Under the pieces are notes generated by a model, which did no database searches, had not been told where the DNA came from, and saw only the letters and a program-made list of their open reading frames with translations. Shown here piece after piece: positions 40,069 to 48,776 of a stretch of 48,776 nt of DNA. Made by a program: the position numbers and the translations under genes. How positions within the stretch are numbered: position 1 is the stretch's first letter; every line of letters begins with the position of its first letter. This DNA comes from Octopus bimaculoides (lineage: Eukaryota): positions 1,918,620-1,967,395 of the forward strand of contig NC_068988.1 in assembly GCF_001194135.2 (NCBI RefSeq), given 5' to 3'.

Positions 40069-40291
40069 NNNNNNNNNNNNNNNNNNNNNNNNNNNNNNNN
40101 NNNNNNNNNNNNNNNNNNNNNNNNNNNNNNNNNNNNNNNNNNNNNNNNNNNNNNNNNNNNNNNNNNNNNNNNNNNNNNNNNNNNNNNNNNNNNNNNNNNN
40201 NNNNNNNNNNNNNNNNNNNNNNNNNNNNNNNNNNNNNNNNNNNNNNNNNNNNNNNNNNNNNNNNNNNNNNNNNNNNNNNNNNNNNNNNNNN

Positions 40292-40368
<77 letters not shown>

Positions 40369-43300
40369 ATATCTATCTATCTATAGTGTGTGTGCACGCA
40401 GCATGGCCACAGATGCAAAGAAAGAAAATAAACAAATGGTATATTCTTTTGTTATATTTTAGGATGGTCCTTTTTTTTTGCCAAATATCCACACGCACTA
40501 TATATATCTGGACCTTATTATTCTTAGTTTCCAGTCAGAGTTCTGTGTCTAAGACCTGTAGCCTATACTTAGGATGCTTGCTAGGATGATCTACTGTTAA
40601 CCTTGGTGAATGAAGTTAGCTATTTGCTGGACGCTCTCCATGTTGCTACCTTCTAGTTCACAGACACATTGTCCATGGACAGGAGAAGACACGTGAGCTG
40701 GGGAGTCGTTAAAGAGATGACAAGATGTGAGACAAAAGATTTCGGACCAAGGGCACTGAAATCATAAGAAGAATAACTATGAAATGAAGAACGAATGTTT
40801 ATTTGGCAAAACAAAAAAAATGACCATTCCGAAATCTAATATCTGTTTCAACACACGATGTGAACATCAGAAATCTTGGAAAAATTCATAAACGAAATGT
40901 TCTTTTTTATCGCCTGCGTTACTTTCAACCACGTACAGAGCAGACAATTAATTAGATAATTAAATACATAAATAAAAAAAAAATATCGGGTAGACTTGCC
41001 CAATTCGTACGTTTGCAAAATGTAATTTCAATTATGAGGAATGTCCAAGAAATAACTTGGCTTTCCGAAAATAATCGAACTGTTTTCATTTCTCCACATC
41101 ATCGTTAAAAGAGAAAAAGTTATTAAACTACTATTTTTTAATATGAAATAAAAAATTAATCATTTTTTAAAAAGTAAGCAAAAATATGAATCTCCGGTCA
41201 AAAATTTCTCCCCAGGAAACTTATAAATACATATTCATCTGTTAACTTTTGTTAAATAAGAAACATTATCTGTCTGTCTTAAGCTGTCTTAAGCTAACAC
41301 AAAAAATAAGCTAGACTCACCAGTGCTATATGTCCATATTAATTCCCTCCCTTACATCATCGCAGAAAGAAGTTGATTGGTTAATTTCTTACAGCCATTT
41401 TGAAGAAATTCATTTTACCATTGAATAATTTATGATTTACGAAGAACAAAAATAAGTAACGATGCAATGGCGGCAGCAAATGTGGGCATCTAAACTGCAT
41501 CAAAGACAAGGACGTTCTCTCTGACAAGAGAATGCTGAGAAACAACGGAAACTCATCGGAGACATCCAGAAGAACGAAGAGTATGGCATGAAACGCTCTT
41601 GGGCATAGGATTCCTAGAGAACAACTGTCCAAGGAATACTGTCATCCTGTTCTAACACGAGAATGCTACTTAACACAGATTATGTCAGCGAAATAATCAA
41701 CGAGTAACACTTAATGTTGTCAGTAGCCATGATAGAGAAGATTTTCGACCAGATAATACTGATATTTCTCGTCACACCTTTGGATTCATGTGAGTGGGTG
41801 GTCATTGGAACGCTTCCATGTTTTCTAGTGAGCAAACAAAAGATAGAAAATAGTCCTCCTTCTTTTAGCCTACACCCTGCAAGTATTACTGATCTAAAGA
41901 TGTTTTGGGAACAGAGAGGGAATTGACAGATTTCAGAAAAAAGAAAACAAAGACAAGAAACTCTTGGTAACGAGATTCTATAACTGAGTATGAAGGGTGG
42001 TTCTCTTAAAAGACTGAACCTCTCGTTTCTATATGTTCTGGATTATTTTTTTTTATTGAATCAGTTGTTGAACTGTGTGATTTATGCAAATCTAAAACAA
42101 AGTATGCACAACATCTGAACGTGTCTTAATTCTGTGGTAATTAACAAAAAAAATATAGGAGATCAACGTTTAAAAAGTAAAGGCCATGTTTATAAGTTTC
42201 TTGGCCACCTGTTGTTACTTGGTGGCAGACATCCAAGTATTGGAAATATTCATTTCGTTAGAAGCCCAACAAACTGACCCCTTCGCCTCCACAAATTCTA
42301 GGTTAAAATGCAGAGATTGCATCAGAGTTCCAAGATATTTTACAAGTATATTTATTACACACGCACACGCATACACATACACACACACACCACTTGTATT
42401 TAAGGCAATTCTTTATGTCCATTGGATGAAATAAATAGCAATTTAAAAGCCATTATACATGCAGATAAAACTGCAAGAATTTTTCGTCATATATTTGCTA
42501 TTTGGAGAGTAAACCGATGCCTTTTACAACAAAGCTTTTAAGTATTGGATATTTGCCCATTGATTCACCTTATGGCTCTATATCTTTAACGTAAGCTTTC
42601 TGCAATACTGTTTGCTCAAACATATTAGTACAGAAATGCGATATTCAGTAGCCTATATGGAAAATCCTACAAGAAAAACACGTTGATCAAAAACTAGCTG
42701 ACAGGAATAGTAATATTGACACTGAAGAAAGACGCAGTCAGTAAATGAGAAAATTCGTGATAAAATCCTGAGTAAACTGATGAAAAAGCAATTTGAAAAA
42801 GCAGTAATATATCCTGATTAATATAGAAATCCCTTGAAGCCATTAGAAGTAGTATCTTGTGTGTTGAAAGAGATAGCATGTGTGTTGATAAAGATCTTTA
42901 TTTCTTGCCTTCAACGGTTGACATTTTCAAAATTAACTTTTGTTATAATTGTCACCAGTTCGAGAATAAAACACTAATTTTGTTTCTTAGCAGCTGCAAC
43001 ACTACTTTTTTTTCCTACTCACTGGTGAATAGATCGTACTATTTGTGTACGATTTATAATATTGGAAGAAAACCACGCATTCTTAGAGAAAGATTATTTA
43101 AATTGGCCAATAAAATAGGACCTGTCTATTACCGGTATTTATGTTATTAACTAGAGTGCTGCCTGTCAGATGACGAGTAACTTTGAAAATATCCTTTTGC
43201 CACCATGGGGTTACATCAGGAATCAATTATAATTGAACTTCTATCAAATTTCTCGTTGCTTAAACAAAATGAAACGAATACTAATTTTCCAAAGAAAAGT

Positions 43301-43438
43301 ATTTGTTAACTTAAAATAGAAGTAAATAAAATAATATTCACGGAGTAAAAACAAAATCACTGTGTTAGATTTATACAATGGAATTTTACACGTACGCAGG
43401 GAGAGAGAGAGAGAGAGAGAGAGNNNNNNNNNNNNNNN

Positions 43439-43484
<46 letters not shown>

Positions 43485-44524
43485 ATTAGGAAGAAAGACA
43501 AGAGGTGTATATATACATACATACATACATACATATGTATGTTAAGAGAACGAGAATAAGTGTGTACGTGGCAGCGGTCATATACTTATTGCCTTTCATC
43601 AAGCCTAGTATGTGTATTCATCTTGCATCTCTTATGGTAACTCGCTCTGTCTTTCTATATGATGTAATGTATAACTACAGAAACCAACCAGCCAACCAAC
43701 CAACCATTATATCGGTTATTTTATTGAGATTCTGGTAATATTTGAACTAAAAACAGAGGAAATCAAGTAGATTGGAAGGAAATTTAGTCCGGTGTATTTT
43801 TGTTATTTCTTTCTTCGCTTCCCCACTCTCGCAGCTATTAGCACTTTCTGCTAATCTAAGCAGTCGAAGGAAGTGGGTAAATGAAATGAAATAAAATTAA
43901 AAATGCAATTTTGTTTTAAATAAAATTTGAGAATTGTTAAATTAAATTCAGGATGAATAATATCCACTTAGGTAAGAAATAATGTTTGTAGTGAAGATGT
44001 TTAAGATAAGCATAATTTCACTTTTATTGCGTCAATTAACTTCTTAGTCTCGTAAATACATGAAGCGATCTTGAGATTTGGCCAGTAAATATACTCAAGA
44101 GGAGGTTTTCCCCGTATTTGATGTCATAAGACGTACTTTATTATTAAAGAAACGTCTCAAAAATCCACCCCGGGTCCCACATGTGAAGTCTGGCCTATAT
44201 AACATGCTTTATTATAATGAAGTCTTTTTCCTCCTCAATATGCGCTGCTGAAATTGGTGTGCATCTAATCCACCCCTATGTGATACGCTGTGCACAGATA
44301 GAATCGGGTATGTTCTTTTCAAAGTGGGTCCGACATCCGAGAATGTTATCAGAAAATCTGAGAGATAGTTTGCCTCGGTGAACTTAGGCACGTAGAATGA
44401 ACTGTTGAGAATGTCTTGCTTCTAATGAAGGGAATCTATTAGAAATTTCAACAATTCATCACTGGTAATAATTCAGATGGGAAATCAATCGGTGATCGTT
44501 CAAATCGAGAAATCATGCGAGCAA

Positions 44525-44650
44525 GACGTAACCAAGAGTTGCTGGGTGGTTAAGAAGCTTGCTTCCCAACCGTCTGACCTTGGTTTCAGTCCCACTGTGC
44601 GACACTGTTAGCAAGTGACTTTTACTATTGCATCGGGCCGGCCAACCAAA
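44525..44650 (+). mobile_element. SINE family B head, diverged
   Basis: gggtggttaagaagcttgcttcccaacc...ttcagtcccactgtgcgacac..gcaagtg. Confidence 0.7.
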
Positions 44651-44668
44651 GTTCATTATAAGCACACA

Positions 44669-44721
<53 letters not shown>

Positions 44722-45575
44722 NNNNNNNNNNNNNNNNNNNNNNNNNNNNNNNNNNNNNNNNNNNNNNNNNNNNNNNNNNNNNNNNNNNNNNNNNNNNNNN
44801 NNNNNNNNNNNNNNNNNNNNNNNNNNNNNNNNNNNNNNNNNNNNNNNNNNNNNNNNNNNNNNNNNNNNNNNNNNNNNNNNNNNNNNNNNNNNNNNNNNNN
44901 NNNNNNNNNNNNNNNNNNNNNNNNNNNNNNNNNNNNNNNNNNNNNNNNNNNNNNNNNNNNNNNNNNNNNNNNNNNNNNNNNNNNNNNNNNNNNNNNNNNN
45001 NNNNNNNNNNNNNNNNNNNNNNNNNNNNNNNNNNNNNNNNNNNNNNNNNNNNNNNNNNNNNNCCTTTCTTTCTCTCCCTTTCTCTCTTTCTCTCTTTCTC
45101 TCTCTTTCTCTCTTTCTCTCCCTCTCTCTCTCTCCCTCTCTCTCCCTCTCTCTCTTTCTCTCTCCATCTCACTTTCTCCCCCCCTCTCTCTCCATCTAAC
45201 ACACACAAGATGCAATAAACACAACTCTACCAGACAACGTCTGTCAATATTGCGAAATTGATACAGTATTGATCTACGTTGCCTATTATATATATATTGA
45301 TTAAACAGATCGTCTCAGACTCTATTGTCTTGACGATGGTCACTCAGGCTTGTGCTGACGATGAGAAACGTACTGTAGGTCTTGCTGTTGGCTACTGTCA
45401 TACCGAATAAATATGAATGGCTATGCTTCACTGAGGAGGTTTAATACGGCTGAAATATGGCCAAAGTTGTTATCGGACATATTTCAGTTTGCCTTTCTCA
45501 CATTACTCTATCTATTTCTATTTTTAATTACTTGGGACACTGGCGCATCAGACTATTATATATAGACAGATAGAT

Positions 45576-45610
<35 letters not shown>

Positions 45611-46265
45611 NNNNNNNNNNNNNNNNNNNNNNNNNNNNNNNNNNNNNNNNNNNNNNNNNNNNNNNNNNNNNNNNNNNNNNNNNNNNNNNNNNNNNNNNNN
45701 NNNNNNNNNNNNNNNNNNNNNNNNNNNNNNNNNNNNNNNNNNNNNNNNNNNNNNNNNNNNNNNNNNNNNNNNNNNNNNNNNNNNNNNNNNNNNNNNNNNN
45801 NNNNNNNNNNNNNNNNNNNNNNNNNNNNNNNNNNNNNNNNNNNNNNNNNNNNNNNNNNNNNNNNNNNNNNNNNNNNNNNNNNNNNNNNNNNNNNNNNNNN
45901 NNNNNNNNNNNNNNNNNNNNNNNNNNNNNNNNNNNNNNNNNNNNNNNNNNNNNNNNNNNNNNNNNNNNNNNNNNNNNNNNNNNNNNNNNNNNNNNNNNNN
46001 NNNNNNNNNNNNNNNNNNNNNNNNNNNNNNNNNNNNNNNNNNNNNNNNNNNNNNNNNNNNNNNNNNNNNNNNNNNNNNNNNNNNNNNNNNNNNNNNNNNN
46101 NNNNNNNNNNNNNNNNNNNNNNNNNNNNNNNNNNNNNNNNNNNNNNNNNNNNNNNNNNNNNNNNNNNNNNNNNTATATACATATACATATATATACATAC
46201 ATACATATATATATACATATATACATATACATGCATACATACATACATACATACATACATACATC

Positions 46266-46433
46266 GCTAGCCACTAAACCTTTTTATATTTTCTCTCCCT
46301 GTTTATTTCTGTTCCTTTCTGTCGAAGAGCGTAGGCTCGAAACGTAAAAGACTTTCTCACTTCCCGAGCGTTAAACTAATACACCTGTTTGTTGTTTACA
46401 CACCCGTCTTCGTCTTTTGTCTTTTTGTAAATT
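46266..46433 (+). mobile_element. Dispersed repeat family C (Penelope-like terminal repeat remnant), second copy
   Basis: High similarity to 7353-7523 in opposite orientation; both copies abut (TACA)n/(TA)n tracts. Confidence 0.55.
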
Positions 46434-46437
46434 CTCA

Positions 46438-46477
<40 letters not shown>

Positions 46478-46690
46478 GATTTTGAGTTGTCAACCCTGCT
46501 TTTGTTTATTTTTGTTGTTCAACAATATTTAGCACCTCCCAATTAACATATTACGTAAGTACTTCAGAACGTATTTGACTTTCAACGCAGATTGCAGTAA
46601 CTCTCTCTCTGTAAATCTTATTCTATAATACGGTTAATATATACCACATTTATCTCATCAAACTCCATAGTACATTGAAATTAATTGTGA

Positions 46691-47084
46691 TTAGAAGTGG
46701 CCGAAATGAGGTTCCTTCGAATGATTTTTTGAGTAACGTTACTCGACAGAGTTTGTTGCTCGGAGATCAAGGAGACTCTCTATGTCGAGCCGCTACTTCA
46801 CCACATTTAGCGGTCACAGTTCTGGTACTGCAGAGATGTGACTAAAATATTGCTGGAAAGGATTGCAAGACGGATATTTCAAACGGTACCAATCGGCACA
46901 AAATCTTAGGATGGACAAAGAACAAGATGGCTGTATAATATACATCGTCTCAGTTGTTAATGTTTGGGAATCCAGCTGGAAAGTGTAATGACCGTTGCAT
47001 AAGGGCCCTATGGAAGAGATGCCTGAGGAGTCTACCCCAACGACTCTTCAGGAATATGGGTGAAGAAAATGGGTGGATGGATGG
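46691..47084 (+). mobile_element. Decayed RTE-clade (Rex3/Expander-like) LINE 3' end
   Basis: Frameshifted translation LEVAEMRFLRMIF..VTLLDRV..SEIKETLYVEPLL..RSQ..RTRW; ends in a ggatggatgg tail. Confidence 0.78.
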
Positions 47085-47537
47085 TAAAATGATATATCTC
47101 ATACAATTTTAAGACTATTTACGAACGATCGAATCATCCCTGAAACCAAAAATTAAGAATAGCGATCAATGATTAAATATAACAGTAAATGACATCTGGG
47201 AATGTTTTAAATAAAGCTAAGCGGTTTTCAGTGATGTTTGTTTTGACACTGGTAATGGACGGCGTGCAAATGGAATCCCGGTATCTGTGTAGAAATCTTC
47301 CAAAACTTGTTAAACTGATGCTCTGTACATCAGTTCTGTAATAATGTTTGTGTTGAAAGCTTAACCTTATCTCTGTTACACACTCAATAATATAACTTTA
47401 GGTTAAATGATGAAAGAAAAGTTTTAGCGTGTTCAAAACCGAAATAAGAAAATTGTTTTAAAGTAAAACAGACGACAACTTTAGAAAGAAACTGGGAAAA
47501 AAATTTCATCAACAAGTTTTGAAAAAGGTAAATCTTG

Positions 47538-47585
<48 letters not shown>

Positions 47586-47595
47586 NNNNNNNNNN

Positions 47596-47626
<31 letters not shown>

Positions 47627-47959
47627 AAATAGAGAAAGAGAAAGACCCCCACCCACAAACACAGAAGGCAGATATATTAATGTCGTGGTTGAAGGTAAGT
47701 AGTGAAGAAACTTAATTTTTGATATAATTGTCAAGATGTTCTTTCTACAAAGACGTGATGTGACTTGTTAGTGTCTTGCTTGTTAGGAATTTTGAAATGA
47801 TGAAGAAGATAATAAAGAAGATGAAGACGTAAGTAACGTCTTTGACAGTTACAAAATATCACTGAAGACTGACAAAGTAAAAGGGAGGCGGGGATATGAT
47901 ACGAAGTGGAAGAAACAAGGAAGCAAAACGATGAATAATGATAATCGTTTCTACTAAAG

Positions 47960-48141
47960 ACTCAAAAGCTGAAATTTCGAGGGAGGGGGCTAAGTCGACT
48001 ACTCAACAGATATTTATTAACCCCGAAAGAATGAAATGCAAAGTCGACCACGGCGGAATTTGAACCCAGAACGAAGCGACGGGAGAAATACCGCTAAGTA
48101 TTTCACCTGGCATGCTAACGATTCTGCCAGCTTGCAGCCTT
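47960..48141 (-). mobile_element. SINE family A
   Basis: Similarity to the other copies. Confidence 0.8.
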
Positions 48142-48142
<1 letters not shown>

Positions 48143-48195
<53 letters not shown>

Positions 48196-48220
48196 CAGGA
48201 GAATAATAATTATAATAATA
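48143..48220. repeat. (AAT)n tract adjoining a SINE A copy
   Basis: Read directly. Confidence 0.9.
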
Positions 48221-48348
48221 TGCGTATAATTTTATAACGTATGTATATATAATGATATAATATATAGGTATATAAAATGCATGGTGTGTACGTCTGCATA
48301 TGTGTGTTCATGTATATTTATAGACATGCGTGTGTGTACGTATATATG

Positions 48349-48419
<71 letters not shown>

Positions 48420-48776
48420 TTATATATACGTTTATTTATGCGTGCATATTTATATATATATTTATATTGATAAATATAGACATAGATATATGCTTGTATA
48501 TATACATATATATATATATGTATATATATGTTTGTCTGTCTGTCTGTATGTATGTATATCTTTATCTACATCTATCTATCTATCTATATACGAACTGAAC
48601 TTTTTCAAGAAAACTCTACACTGATGTAATTTTGCATGCGTGTTATGAAATCCTATTCACTTTCCAAGAAATTAATTGTAAAAAAGTTATATATATATAT
48701 ATATATGTAAGGAAAAAAGAAACACAGAGGAAAAGAAAAAAAGAAACATGGGGACGTAGCTGAAGCAATATATATA

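Noticed and set aside
41455-41620. Protein-like stretch MQWRQQMWASKLHQRQGRSL*QENAEKQRKL...
   Set aside because: Interrupted by stops and no family recognised; possibly a decayed element, but unsupported.

Overview
AT-rich animal genomic DNA with dense microsatellites and many N-gaps. The repeat families look like coleoid cephalopod, most likely Octopus; this is an inference from remembered repeat consensus, not a search result. Two convergent protein-coding genes are supported. (1) A + strand GH18 chitinase with a C-terminal CBM14 chitin-binding domain. I reconstructed nine phase-consistent exons by hand across 2398-29210 (~460 codons). The signal-peptide exon was not found, and the end of exon 4 lies in a gap. 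The catalytic DxxDxDxE motif is intact, and the first visible intron uses a GC donor. (2) A - strand LicD/fukutin-family gene with a single coding exon (33919-34605). It encodes a membrane anchor joined almost directly to an FKRP-like catalytic domain. The rest of the window is tRNA-derived SINEs, Tc1/mariner MITEs, decayed RTE LINE fragments, a Penelope-like repeat with hammerhead-like motifs, and several long palindromes or inverted duplications. Nearly all ORFs in the supplied track are microsatellite or N-gap artefacts. I found no convincing novel multi-gene system. The best leads are the stem-less FKRP-like enzyme, a possibly cleavable cationic CBM14, chitinase active-site substitutions, the GC-AG intron, and dsRNA-forming intronic structures.
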